A stretch of DNA of 63,708 bases, the filler included, from Stramenopiles sp. TOSAG23-3 (Eukaryota), in NCBI GenBank assembly GCA_900128585.1. It is 8 parts of 8 records of this genome, joined end to end, with 100 filler letters (N's around TTAATTAATTAA, not from the genome) between each part and the next. Parts side by side here need not be neighbours in the genome. Positions count along the whole stretch, not along the records: positions 11,759 to 23,346 come from LT642733.1; positions 23,447 to 34,997 come from LT642734.1; 6 more parts are not named here. One strand, written 5' to 3'. The notes beneath the pieces were generated by a model that saw only the letters and a list, made by a program, of their open reading frames with translations, was not told the DNA's origin and made no database searches. Below are positions 19,222-30,700 of this stretch, in pieces. Each line of letters starts with the position of its first letter. Position 1 is the first letter of the stretch. A program made the translations under genes and the position numbers.

Positions 19222-21195
19222 ATGGGGTGTGGTGCTTCTACCCAGGTGGCCACCACGACCCCGAAGAAAGGGAGCGTCAAGGAAGATAGGTTTTGCCAGT
19301 GCGAGACGGATGATGGGAGCCCGAGCTTTATATGCACGACCTGTAATAAAATTAAGTTGAAGAGCAAAACAGTAGTGAAGAAAGCGATCAGGTCGTCGAG
19401 AAAGAAGAAACAATTGAAGGAGTTGGACACGTCGCACCTGCAGGCGGGGAGCGACGGAGACGACGAGGAGGCCGGGGGAGACGGCAGAGACAGCCCCAGT
19501 CATCCCCCGCCAATGTCCCCAGGAAAGCGAAGAAATATTTTGACAGACATCATCGACTTGAAGATGTTCCAGGAAATGGCATTTAGAAAAGTGTTTAGAG
19601 ACAGCGACACGGACAAGAACGGGACCCTTACGGCCCCGGAATTTAGAGACATGGTGATAAAGTACCAGAAGGGCAAAGGGATTTACAGGCCCCCTACGAT
19701 GGCCGAGGCGGAGACTTTCATCAAGTACGCCGACCCGATGGCGAACAGCTGCATTGCCGAAAAGGGCTTTGTCGACACCATGATGGACACGGTGTACAAC
19801 CCATACCACAACTCGGGACAGATGAGCGACCAAGACCTCTGTCGAGCGCTGAAAAAAATAGAACAGTTCGGTACCATGGTCATAGAGCGCCTGGAACTCC
19901 GCGCGCTGACGCTGTACTCCCTTTTCCAAAAGTACTCCAACACGCACTTTATCCCGAAGAAGAACAGGTGGGTCAGCAACATTGTCGACAACAGCGACCT
20001 GTTCCGGATGATGAACGATTTCGCAGAGCTCCCCAAGCACAGACCGAACCAGAACGATGTCTTCCAATTCATGGCGTCCATGGATAGTTCTGGGGACATG
20101 ATCCTTCAGCCGCGGGAGTTTATGAGCTACATGCTGCATGGGATGGTGCAGAGCAAATCAAGCATCAAGCAGTTTGCCAAACGAAGCCGGATGCACAAGA
20201 AAATATCGTACTTTCTGCTATCGCTGGACAAGCGGATGACGGAGAACGAGAAGACGATAACCATAGACAAAAAGGCCCTCAAACGGTTGCTGAGCGAAAT
20301 CAACCACGTGCTCTCCGACGACAAGAAGGGCCCCGCGATGCAGTCCATCAGTACGCGCGAGGTGGGAAAAGGGATGTCCCGGGCTGACACCCTAACCGTG
20401 AACGACATTGCAAACCTTGCCAGCTCGGCGCAAGAGCACGACGAAATGCTAGACATCCATCAGTCAAAGCGAGACTTCGACGCGCGCGTAAAACGCAAGG
20501 CCATAGAAAAGAACCTGGTGCACAACAAACAAACGGAGCATACGCTGCAGAAGCTTCGGGAGCGGGAGAAGAGACGGGTCATGTCCCTGTACAACCCTAC
20601 AATGCTTCGGAAAGCTGCAGACGTAATGGACGACGGGGAGGTCAAAGATAGAATCTTAAAGATCGTCGGGGCGGCATCGCCGGAGGGCACGCGCAATGGG
20701 GGACGCAAACGGCGGAGCAAGAGGAAATCCAAGAAGCTGAACTTCAAGCGAGAGGCCTCTCGGAAAATGAGCGTATCGGCACGGAATGCGGAGAGGATCA
20801 GGGCTACGTTCCAGCAAAACCAAGAGATGCGGGAAGACCAGGCAAAGGTGGTACACGAGCGCCAGGCACGACACGCCCGAGAAAAGGTGCGCAAGAGACG
20901 TTCGTACAACCGCAAGCAGAAAAAGAAGAAGGCCGACAGAGCCGTCCCGCACCCACCCTCGGCCGATTCAACGCGAGATCAGAAGCAGGCAGAATTGCAA
21001 AACCCTGCGATGGTGCAGCCCCCGCCAAGAATATTGAACCCTGGCACGCAGGCGATGAGCTTGTCGTTCGGTAACGTCAAAATGGGGAGCGGTAGCGACA
21101 GTGACAACAGTGCGGGAGAGTTCGGGCAGTTGGGGTCCTCCTTTGATATAAGCCGGCCGGACTCTCGCGACTCGGAAATGTCTGTCCCGCAGTAG
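19222..21195 (+). CDS. EF-hand protein with N-terminal dual acylation motif
   Basis: Starts MGCGAS (myristoyl-Gly2, palmitoyl-Cys3 pattern); EF loops DTDKNGTLTAPE and DSSGDMILQPRE; basic C-terminal region. Confidence 0.8.
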   Translation: MGCGASTQVATTTPKKGSVKEDRFCQCETDDGSPSFICTTCNKIKLKSKTVVKKAIRSSRKKKQLKELDTSHLQAGSDGDDEEAGGDGRDSPSHPPPMSPGKRRNILTDIIDLKMFQEMAFRKVFRDSDTDKNGTLTAPEFRDMVIKYQKGKGIYRPPTMAEAETFIKYADPMANSCIAEKGFVDTMMDTVYNPYHNSGQMSDQDLCRALKKIEQFGTMVIERLELRALTLYSLFQKYSNTHFIPKKNRWVSNIVDNSDLFRMMNDFAELPKHRPNQNDVFQFMASMDSSGDMILQPREFMSYMLHGMVQSKSSIKQFAKRSRMHKKISYFLLSLDKRMTENEKTITIDKKALKRLLSEINHVLSDDKKGPAMQSISTREVGKGMSRADTLTVNDIANLASSAQEHDEMLDIHQSKRDFDARVKRKAIEKNLVHNKQTEHTLQKLREREKRRVMSLYNPTMLRKAADVMDDGEVKDRILKIVGAASPEGTRNGGRKRRSKRKSKKLNFKREASRKMSVSARNAERIRATFQQNQEMREDQAKVVHERQARHAREKVRKRRSYNRKQKKKKADRAVPHPPSADSTRDQKQAELQNPAMVQPPPRILNPGTQAMSLSFGNVKMGSGSDSDNSAGEFGQLGSSFDISRPDSRDSEMSVPQ

Positions 21196-21347
21196 AGTGT
21201 ATGAATGGCTCATAATATTTTTTTCTAGATACGATAAAGGCCCCTATAATATGACGATGTGTTCGTAGTATATTAATTTTAATGTCTTAAAGCATATCAT
21301 ACTAACATATGATATATAATTGTTTTGTTTTAATTTTGATTATGCTT

Positions 21348-21373
21348 AAATAACATGCCAATTTTCTTGTTTT
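21348..21373 (-). promoter_or_regulatory. Conserved 3'-flank motif, copy 2
   Basis: AAAACAAGAAAATTGGCATGTTATTT on the minus strand, 37 nt after the stop at 21410. Confidence 0.55.
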
Positions 21374-21409
21374 AAATATATTACGAATCTGCTCCTTGCT
21401 TCCTCTCAT

Positions 21410-22738
21410 TTACTTTTTCGTTTTCTTCAGACTGGGCAGTACGGATTTCATTACTCTTGCCCCGGGCCGCCTGGGCTGTGGCAAGGTCATTGTACCGTTC
21501 TGAGGGAGGGAGGCATCGGCCGCCCGCCCTGACGTCTCCTTGCCTGAAGGAGGCAAAGAGGCTGGTGGTGCGGGTTTTTTACTTGCGGCCTTTTCCTTTC
21601 CGGGCATCTTCTTACCCTTTTTGGCTTTCTTCGATTTCTTCTTCTTCGGTTTTGGTACACTTGGTCGCTCGCGCTTGGGCTCTTCGTTGTCCCCCTCATA
21701 CTCTGACTCCACCAATCTCTCTATGTTTTCTAGAATGGCATTCTTGGGCGGTTTTGGGCTGTTTTCGAGCCAACTGTCGACGCTCTCGCGAGACATGGAC
21801 CGGGACCGGCGCCGTGCCTTCTCCTCTTTTTTCCTGTCCTTCGACAGCTGTTTCTTCAACTTTGAAGAGCGCTTCTTGCTCGTTTTCTTCCTTCCCTTCT
21901 TGGCTTTCCCCGTCTGCGCCTCATTCGCCTGTGTCGCGGCGGCCAGTGCTTTCCGTTCTGCCAGGGCCTTCTCTCGCCGTTCGATGTCTAATGCCATTCG
22001 CTCAATGTCTTCTCTGGTGTAACCAACGATGTCGTTGTCGTCCAAGTATATCCGTTCCTGGGGTGGGCGAGTCACTAATTCTATCATGGTATCGTGTTCG
22101 CCCAACTCGTCGTCCGAACCGTCCCCCGTTTTCGGAACGCGATCTACGTGTTGGGCATGCTGCTTTCGCAACCTGGCCAGCGTTTTCCTCCGTTTGTAGT
22201 TGCTGTAACAGCTGCAACGTTGTTTGCAAAACAGCCTTCGCTCTTTTTTGGAAGAGCAGCATTTGTGACACAACACTCCCGGACACCATATGGGTGCCCA
22301 TGGCAGTGCTTCTGATTGGTGGCCCAAATGGTGGGCGATCCAAATGGTCCTAGAACCAATCCACACTCCAGCCAAGACAAAAAAGATCGACAGGGCCATG
22401 AATTCGTCGGCGTAAAAAAACCAGTGCTCGCTGAATTCCAAGATGGACGCGAAGAAGTAAAATATCCCCGTCCCACTCAGAAGGCCGGCGATCATCGTCC
22501 AGATGTATACGACAGACAGCGCGTTCAGCTGGCAGCAGCAACAACGGTGCTTCGCTTCGTTCTTTATGTAAGGGTCTTTGTGGCAAGGATTCAGCGTTTG
22601 GTACCAGGTGATCCCGTGCGTCCCGTCCCGCTCTCCCCTGGCCTCCAACCGCCGAAACCGGGCATTTCTCGCGTCCTCGTCTTTCCTTCGCCAATAGTCA
22701 TCTTCAATGTGAGAATCAAACACTTGCGCGGCCGGCAT
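21410..22738 (-). CDS. Hypothetical membrane protein, two TM helices, Cys clusters, Lys-rich disordered tail
   Basis: 442-aa ATG-started ORF in GC-rich DNA bounded by AT-rich flanks; convergent with the EF-hand gene. Confidence 0.7.
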   Translation of the reverse strand: MPAAQVFDSHIEDDYWRRKDEDARNARFRRLEARGERDGTHGITWYQTLNPCHKDPYIKNEAKHRCCCCQLNALSVVYIWTMIAGLLSGTGIFYFFASILEFSEHWFFYADEFMALSIFFVLAGVWIGSRTIWIAHHLGHQSEALPWAPIWCPGVLCHKCCSSKKERRLFCKQRCSCYSNYKRRKTLARLRKQHAQHVDRVPKTGDGSDDELGEHDTMIELVTRPPQERIYLDDNDIVGYTREDIERMALDIERREKALAERKALAAATQANEAQTGKAKKGRKKTSKKRSSKLKKQLSKDRKKEEKARRRSRSMSRESVDSWLENSPKPPKNAILENIERLVESEYEGDNEEPKRERPSVPKPKKKKSKKAKKGKKMPGKEKAASKKPAPPASLPPSGKETSGRAADASLPQNGTMTLPQPRRPGARVMKSVLPSLKKTKK

Positions 22739-23263
22739 CCCGTCCTTCTACCACAGTCTATTTTGTACACACGACTTCTGTCGTTTGATCTTGAAGTTGG
22801 ACCCTAATCTTCTTCTCCAGCCGTTTCATTTCACATACATTCTGTAATATGAATCATGAATTTTCATTTATTATTTCATATTTTTTCATTATATCATTAA
22901 TTTATTTATAGTCGTCTTCTAATAAAAAATATAAAATAATATTTTTTTAAATATAAATAAAAATACAGTAATAAAATAATAATAATATAATAATAAATAA
23001 AATGTATAACGCCGCACCACGACCCACGACGCACCACATCAAATAATTTATTTTATATATTTTATCTTTTTTTTAATATTTTATTATAATATGAATTATG
23101 ATAAACGATCTCATCTCATAATCTCAAAAAAGAATATCCTTCTCCTCTCAGCTGTAGTCTCTATTAATTAAGGGTTAGTTTAGGAGGGTATCGATCGATC
23201 GATTTAATATGTTCAAAGGGCTGCTGAGGATAACTAATGAGTGTTATGGTTAGGGTTATATTA

Positions 23264-23300
23264 GAAGGAAAGAAAGAAAGAGTCGAAAGAAAAGAGTCGA

Positions 23301-23344
<44 letters not shown>

Positions 23345-23346
23345 AA
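23264..23346 (+). repeat. (AAAG)n microsatellite at contig end
   Basis: Read directly from the sequence. Confidence 0.9.
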
Positions 23347-23668
23347 NNNNNNNNNNNNNNNNNNNNNNNNNNNNNNNNNNNNNNNNNNNNTTAATTAATT
23401 AANNNNNNNNNNNNNNNNNNNNNNNNNNNNNNNNNNNNNNNNNNNNACCGTGCACACTAACTACTAGACACAGGCACCGAAGCACTGAAGTTAGGGAGTT
23501 TGGGAGCATTCCAAACTGTAATTTGAATGGAAAACCCCCCCGATACCTAAAATTGTTCGAGGGAATGTTCTCGAATAGGTATAGCAAGTTGAGAAAAGAA
23601 ACAAGAAATATCAAACTGATTAAAAACTATAGCAAGGTTTCATTTTGATTTATTGTAAAAACAATAAT

Positions 23669-24457
23669 ATGATGCGTTCAAATATTGTTTTTGTCTGTCT
23701 ACTTCTTTGCCTTACGCTTGTCGCGGACGCGGCGGGCCTTCTGGCCCCTCGTACCCTTCTGAAAAAGAGGCGGGGAGGGATGGCGAGAATGTCCAAGAAA
23801 TGGTTCACAAAGTTCACATTGCCAAAAAAAACGATGACTTCGAAAATGACATTCACCAAACTTTCAAAAATGGGCGCAGTTTCGGCTAAACCAACGGCAG
23901 GTACGCCAGCAGCTGGTAGTTGTTTTAAGAACGCAAACAATTTGTTAGTTAAAGACTACGGCAAAAACGAATTCGATTTTGATGCAGCAGAATTTCTTGG
24001 CGATGAAGACGAATTTAATGGATTTGATTTCAACAATGTAGTACAAAACGATGACACGACTCAGTTTTATTTTAAGTGCTCGGAGTTGGGCACAAAGGAC
24101 ACAAAGTTCTGCCAAGCTAGAGACCAAACTCCCGGTAGTTGTTGTCCAGATGGTATCGTGGATGATCTTAAGTTCGCGGTCAGAAAAGGTGCGAAAACGT
24201 TTACAATAAAATTTAGTTGCGACGATACCACCGGCCTGAGTATTACAGAATTTAAGTTGTCAGGGGGACCAGACGGTACAAAACACCTGATCAATAAACT
24301 GAAATGGGATAAACCTGCGATTGGTGTGTCCGGCGGCAAGGGCGATCCAGAGCTCGAGACCGCGCCATTGGGCGCCCTTGGTAGTGGCGACGGGGGTGGC
24401 GGGCCACTTGGTGGTGGGAGGCGGAGATTATTGTCTAGCGCATCAGCGGAGTGTTGA
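23669..24457 (+). CDS. Secreted protein with RTLL site, basic segment and C-terminal RRRLLSSASAEC tail
   Basis: Signal peptide MMRSNIVFVCLLLCLTLVADA; Cys-containing core; no family recognised. Confidence 0.75.
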   Translation: MMRSNIVFVCLLLCLTLVADAAGLLAPRTLLKKRRGGMARMSKKWFTKFTLPKKTMTSKMTFTKLSKMGAVSAKPTAGTPAAGSCFKNANNLLVKDYGKNEFDFDAAEFLGDEDEFNGFDFNNVVQNDDTTQFYFKCSELGTKDTKFCQARDQTPGSCCPDGIVDDLKFAVRKGAKTFTIKFSCDDTTGLSITEFKLSGGPDGTKHLINKLKWDKPAIGVSGGKGDPELETAPLGALGSGDGGGGPLGGGRRRLLSSASAEC

Positions 24458-24572
24458 ACCAAAACCGCACTATGCTCTACGCGAGGCGTAAAAATATTGC
24501 CAACTTGATAAGTAATGTACACGCTAAGTCTTTAAAATGATTTAATTTTTTAAATTTATTATTTCTCCAATT

Positions 24573-26552
24573 TTAGAGACATTCGCCCCCATCAAATTTG
24601 CATTCTTTAGAGTTACATGTTTCGTCACAATGTTTGTCATCAAACCGTTCGGAAAAGCAGTATTTTGAGCACAAAGGCTTGCAATTTAAAGATGAATCTG
24701 CATTGCAAACAGGATTTCCCGAGAAGTAAAATTCGCCTCGGCTGTTACTTTGAATGATATCCTTCAGTTCTGGTTCGACGCTGGACAAGTTATTATTACG
24801 AGCATCAAGGTATTTCAAACGAACAAATTCATTCATAACAATCGGCAACTTGTGTAAATGACAACGGGCTATTCCCAAATGAGTTAACCATCTGTACGAC
24901 GATAAAGTTGTCAATCGGTTACCACTTAAATATAACTTTCGCACCAGAGGCAGCTGTTCATGATTTAATAATTCCGGTATCAAAACACTGTTATTTTGCA
25001 TATCAAAGAAGTCCAAGTTTGGTAAGTAAATACCCTTTGCATGAGCAGGAACATTGAAATTTTTGTTACTGCAGATTCTCAAAATAACTAATCCTGAGTG
25101 TTTCCACACAGAGGGGTGCACAAAGCTAATATTGTTATACCCAAGGTACAATTGGTGAAAATTGGCCCAACTCGAGACATCAACGTCGAATCGTTTCAAA
25201 GGTGAGAAAGTAACTGCTAGCTCTGACATGGCGTTAAACAAGCTCAAACGCTTCGGCAATGACTCCAACGGACCATTATTTAAATGCAGCTTACGAACAG
25301 CCGTCATTTCTAAGAAACGCTCAGGCACCTTGGTCATATTATGCTTTTGTATTTTTAACACAGCGCAATTGCATGATGGTACAAACGGGTTCTTGCAAAA
25401 ATAAATAGGTACTTCGCAGCTGTCCCAAATTACCTTGCCCTGATACGCACGGCATGTTTCTTCCATGCTGCCGTTTTGAATTAAATGGATGTTTATTAGA
25501 ATCAACATGAAAAGACAATACAGCGAGCTCAGCACAAAAATTACTATTTTTGTCCACCGGGGAAATATTTTGTTTTGCGCTTCTGCGACCGTGCTATAAT
25601 ATGCAGCATTGTCGTCATATACACTGTTTCTATGCCTTTTTAGTTTTCCTGAAATTATTCTTTGGTGGTATTTGACTAATTCCTGCGCATTTACCTGAAT
25701 TGTATCTTCAAGCAGCTCTTTAATTTTTAGAAACGCAGATATCGTTGGAACAAGCGCCATACCGAAAATTTCACTTATCCCAAGCCAAAGCCCAAACCCA
25801 ATATAATAAAGCGCTATTGGCAAGATTAAAAATGCCAAGTCTACAAGTAGATCAAAAATTAGAAATGAATCCCTTTCGCGCGGATACAGTATTTCAGAGT
25901 TCTTGTGAACAAATTTTCGGTAGAGAAAAGCTCGATGCATATTCTCCAGCATTAAGATAGCGATCAAGCATGACGTCCACCCTGCAGGTAAGGTACACAA
26001 ATGCACTTGTGTTAACAAATGTAATTGCCAATAATCTTCAAAAAGCTCGGAACAACACATTTTTAACAAGTAATATTTCCCATTTACGTCCAGAAACATG
26101 TTTTTTGCTTCCATTATTTTCTTGCCTATGTTCTTCTGCCGGGGAGTCTGCTCTATAGCGGCACTTCCTCTTTTTCTTTCCTCCTTTGCCCGTTTCTGAG
26201 CCCAAGCACTTGCCATTGAACGCCAGCTGAAGGCGTAGTACGCAGTCAAAATGAAATACACTATGGCCGCCGCCATAAAGAAAAGAGAGTACTGTGTTTT
26301 CCGTAAACCCCTTCGGAAAAATGTTGTGTAAATGAGCAAAATTGTAAGGTGAAAGCTGAAAATCATAAACGAGACGAAGAGGAGTAAAATTCCACTATTC
26401 CCGAGAATTCCATAGAATTTAAATTGGTAGCCTTTCATATCTGCTTCATCTATCGCTATAGTTGATATCCGCGTGACCGGCCCACGAGTTATAGAGTCAA
26501 AGTTGTTGTCCTTTTCAGGCATTTTTTTTTGTAACAATTTTGGTTCTCCCAT
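24573..26552 (-). CDS. Multi-pass membrane protein with C-terminal leucine-rich repeats and a terminal LNR/Notch-like module
   Basis: About 6-7 hydrophobic helices; Cys cap (C..P..FC..PF...CNC); LRRs (LYLGYNNI, LYLSGNRL, LDARNNNL, FSGNPVC); ends DDKHCDETCNSKECKFDGGEC. Confidence 0.8.
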   Translation of the reverse strand: MGEPKLLQKKMPEKDNNFDSITRGPVTRISTIAIDEADMKGYQFKFYGILGNSGILLLFVSFMIFSFHLTILLIYTTFFRRGLRKTQYSLFFMAAAIVYFILTAYYAFSWRSMASAWAQKRAKEERKRGSAAIEQTPRQKNIGKKIMEAKNMFLDVNGKYYLLKMCCSELFEDYWQLHLLTQVHLCTLPAGWTSCLIAILMLENMHRAFLYRKFVHKNSEILYPRERDSFLIFDLLVDLAFLILPIALYYIGFGLWLGISEIFGMALVPTISAFLKIKELLEDTIQVNAQELVKYHQRIISGKLKRHRNSVYDDNAAYYSTVAEAQNKIFPRWTKIVIFVLSSLYCLFMLILINIHLIQNGSMEETCRAYQGKVIWDSCEVPIYFCKNPFVPSCNCAVLKIQKHNMTKVPERFLEMTAVRKLHLNNGPLESLPKRLSLFNAMSELAVTFSPLKRFDVDVSSWANFHQLYLGYNNISFVHPSVWKHSGLVILRICSNKNFNVPAHAKGIYLPNLDFFDMQNNSVLIPELLNHEQLPLVRKLYLSGNRLTTLSSYRWLTHLGIARCHLHKLPIVMNEFVRLKYLDARNNNLSSVEPELKDIIQSNSRGEFYFSGNPVCNADSSLNCKPLCSKYCFSERFDDKHCDETCNSKECKFDGGECL

Positions 26553-27747
26553 CTTGACGACGGTAAAAACCGGTAATTACAAATTAATTTCAGATATCTG
26601 AACACCCTTGAAAAGTATGTTTCTTTTGCTACACTTTGGGGGGACAGAGTGAGAGTAAAACAATTGTAATATTGCAATCAGTTTTTCATCAAATAAAAAT
26701 AGTAGTAGTCATGACCCACCCACTAGTACGGTATAATACTGCACACAAACTCCTCCTCACCGACAAATGGAGAAGCCTCTTCTACACCAAGTCCACACAG
26801 TGTATGATGCTCTGGCTTTCTGGAACTGGACGACAAGAAGAAACAAGAAAAACGACGAGCCCGTCCTCTCCAACCTCAACACTACACCGCATATAATGCT
26901 CTGGCTATTAAAGTTGTATTGTCTTGGTGTCGGATTCTAAGCTGGTGCGCTGTGGTGTGAAAAATCTTGCGGTCTTGAATTCCCTAAATATGCTGACTCG
27001 AAGTACAGTAATCAGGTAGTCTAATTCGTTTTTCTTACTGTGTTCTGCCTGTTCTCTAGCGATGCCAATCGAATAGGCATACGATTTCGAAAAGCATACG
27101 AATAATATGTACTTGAAGAAACTGGGCGTTAAATTTTCGTTTTCTTCCCAGTTTTGCATCTATAACCTTGAAGACTGCACGCTGGCGAGAGAGGGGTCGA
27201 TTTTCTGAAGAAGAAAAGCAATTGTCTTCTCACTTCTTGGTGTGGTCTAAGACTTGGGTTTTATAGAGGACATTCTATTTCAAGAAGAGTTATTAATTGA
27301 AGAACAACTGAAAAGGTAAATGAACAGAAAAAAAAAGGGGGGGATGAAATGATATTGATTGGTTCTGGATCACTAGTTAAAGTAATTATATAGATAGACA
27401 CAGCATAGTAATTTAAATATTCGGAGTTTAATTTGTAATTGCTCAAAGTTGGGCTTTTCGTTTTCCTTCTTGTGTTAGTGCTGCACGCCGAGAGGTACCT
27501 GGTACCTCTCCCAGTATATATATTACATTATGTGTGTTGTATTCTGTATCTACACAGCAATCAAATATCATTTCACTGCGCAGTGTGCACTAATCGTTCA
27601 ATCTACTATACTAACCACTCTTAAACCTGACTGCAGCAAAACCTCTATCTCTGACACCCAACCTGACCGCAGTAATAACGCTTGTTCAAATGTTAATTTT
27701 AGGCTTGCTTATTAGAATAGTTGGTAACTAAAACAAACTAAAACAAG

Positions 27748-30700
27748 ATGAGCAAACTGATCCTCTTACTAGCTTTGTTGCTGCAAACGGTCGTTTTCGT
27801 AAGCTGTGCAAAGCTGGGAGACGCACAGTTAGTGTCGGGGTCCCAGAAGGCTAACGCTGGTCTGAATACCATCGTGTTTGACGACGACGGTAATGACAAC
27901 AACGAGGGGCTTCGTCCCCAACATCGTCGGCGGCTGCTGTCCAGATATCGTGGTCGAACCAGTGAACCGCTTCGCTTTTTGCAAACAAGAACATCGTGGG
28001 GCAAAAAAAAAAGGAAAAAAATGAAAAAAAAATGGAAAAAAATGAAGAAAAAATTTAAGAAAGGGGTTAAAAAATTTAAGAAAGGGATTAAAAAAGCGGC
28101 AAAATACACCGGGAAGGTAGCTAAAATTGCAGGCAAGGGCATCGCTAAAGGGGTAAAAGAAGCAGGCAAATATACCGTCAAAGGAGTAGTAGAAGCAGGT
28201 AAATTCACCGCCAAAATGGGGGAATCGATGTTACGGTGGATGGGTATACTCAATAGTGGGGACGTCAACTCTGCCGAAATTGCCCATTACTTGTCTCTTC
28301 TGGACCCTAAAGCCATATCTTACCCAAGTTATTCGGGAACGTGCCACAAAGGCGAAGGGCTTATTGTTACTGAAGCGAAACGTTTCTGTGGGGCACAAGA
28401 AGGCAAGGATAGCGCGGACACATCCGGCCTCATCACTGACGAAAAAACCTGTAGAGACGTAGCCATGAAATATTACGCAAGGCAGCACCCTGAGCTACAC
28501 GAAGGTGGAGAGTTTTTACGGTTCGGGAGAGATTTCATAGACAAAACCCCTACTAATGTCCTCCACCCATATCTGTTTGATAAGGTACCGCTTCCCCCCA
28601 AATACAAGCAAACGCCGATGCGTGAATACACGGAAACTGTAGCGAAACAGAAGAAGTTTAAAAATTGGGTGCCTTACAAAGGAGGCTCCGGGTTTAAAAT
28701 AGGGCGTCCCAAAGATAAACCGAGGGACGCCCCGAACGGTTGCTTTGTGTATGAAAATAAGTTTTATTTCAATAAAAAACATAACAAAGAAGCGCGCTGC
28801 TTCCACGCGAGGGAGAAGAAGAGTATGTTCTTGAACACATGTCTTTGCAAACCCAAGTGTAAGGCCTGCATAGGGAGCACGTACAATAGCGAAACATCTC
28901 ACAAGAATGAGTGCCTCAAATGCAACAATTTCACAATTTTAGATTCAAGGGAGAGGCACGTAGGCTGCACCAAAGGCAAAAGCTGTCCACCGGGTCATTA
29001 CCATGATTTGTCAAGGAAATTTTGTATCCCGTGCCCGAAGGGTATGTTCAGCTTCTCGGGCGACAGCCCCGATGGATACCCAGCCTTCTGTGTGGCGTGC
29101 CCCTTTGGGGAAACCACGAGGCGCAGTGGAACAGAGGGGGGAAAGGACGCGTGTATCGCAAAACCAGCGTACAGAGCCCAGTTGCAGAGAGAGAAAAGAG
29201 CGGCGAAGAAAGCCGAAACGACCGTCAAAGATCTTACAAAGTTGCGGGGAATCACCACTCAGCTCGTCACTGTAGTCGATGCTTCGGACACCACCAAAGC
29301 AAAGCTGGCAAGGAACATAGCAGAGGCAAACATTCAAGCAATTTACAACCGCCAGCAGTCGAATCGGTTACGCAGTGACATGAAGGCTGAAATGACGTAC
29401 TGCGAAAGGCAGCGCACTCCCGTGGGAGAAAAGAAAGAGGACAAAGGGTCTGCCATGGGCATGGTAATATTTCCAACGGTCCATATGGAGGAGGAGAGAG
29501 ACTCGACGGCATGCCTGAACATCAACAGGGACATGGCAGTCAACGCGTACTGCAACTTTAGGCAGGACTTTGACGACGTTCTGAGAGAGTTTGGCTTGTA
29601 CAACAAGAAAATGGCATCAGGAAAGGCATTTTGGCCAAACATTTGCTGTGCATCGGTAAAGGACGATTGCATCCATACAAATGGTATAGCTCAGACAGAC
29701 ATGATACCCTTTGTCTTGGCCCAAGGGGGGAAATTGACCCCAGAAAGTTTGCGTGGAGAATTGTATAGTATGCTTGGAAGCCACTCTCAAAATTCTATCC
29801 GAAGCGACGGGCATTTACTGAACGGTATGAAGGCGGCGCTCCAGTACGTTACAAGAACGACGCGGGTGGGGGTGGAAAAGGCAAACGTGGCCTTTGTACA
29901 GTTGTTTGAGAATCTGAATCTGTGTGGCCCCCGTGTTTTGAAATCTCCCAAGAACGAGGAAGCCCACCTGTGCGAATTGTTCTACGCATACCCCCACATG
30001 ATGCAGTCTTTTCTTTCCCAATTTAAGGGATTGTTAGAGGCGAAAGACAACGGAGCTAATGGCGACCCTCTTCCAAGAAATTCACATGGTAGGAAACTGC
30101 TTACTAAGCCCACCAGCGAGCACGAAGCGATTGCTGTACTAAAAGCAGTGTTGCAAAAGGTGGATAAAGTGGAGAAGTCGGACGAAGCGCTTCGCAAAGA
30201 GAATAGGGAGATTCGCGCGAAATTAGAGGCCCTGACCGAGTTGGCGCAAGGCGGACAAGCAGACGTTGGGCGGAAAGAGAAAATTCAAAAGAAGAAGCAA
30301 CAGGGCTGCCCCAAAAGCTTGAAGAGAAAGTTTGAGACAAGGGAAGAGTTAAAAAAGATGCAGAGTCACTTCTGCACCGAATATGGGCTGGACTTGGCGC
30401 ACAAAGACATCGTGAATGTTGCAATGGTGTACATTGAAGACAACCTCCGAACCAAAGAGAAAGGCGGCGCCGGCGTCCAAGAAGTTTACCGTCGGCGCAT
30501 CAGTGAAAATATCAAGTACTCCGTGACCGACCAGTGCCAGTTTGCCCCGTTGTTCACGACCGAAGACATTTCCATTCAGCAAATTGAAAAGATGGACGCA
30601 AAGTCCACCGACAAATTAAAGAAGGAGTGGGTCATGCTAATAGTGCTCGATTCTGGCAACGAGAAAGGGTACTTGAAACGCGAACTACAGAATGGAAAGT

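Noticed and set aside
23168-23258. Scattered TTAGGG-like words near a contig end
   Set aside because: Isolated copies, not a tandem telomeric array; the contig ends in (AAAG)n.
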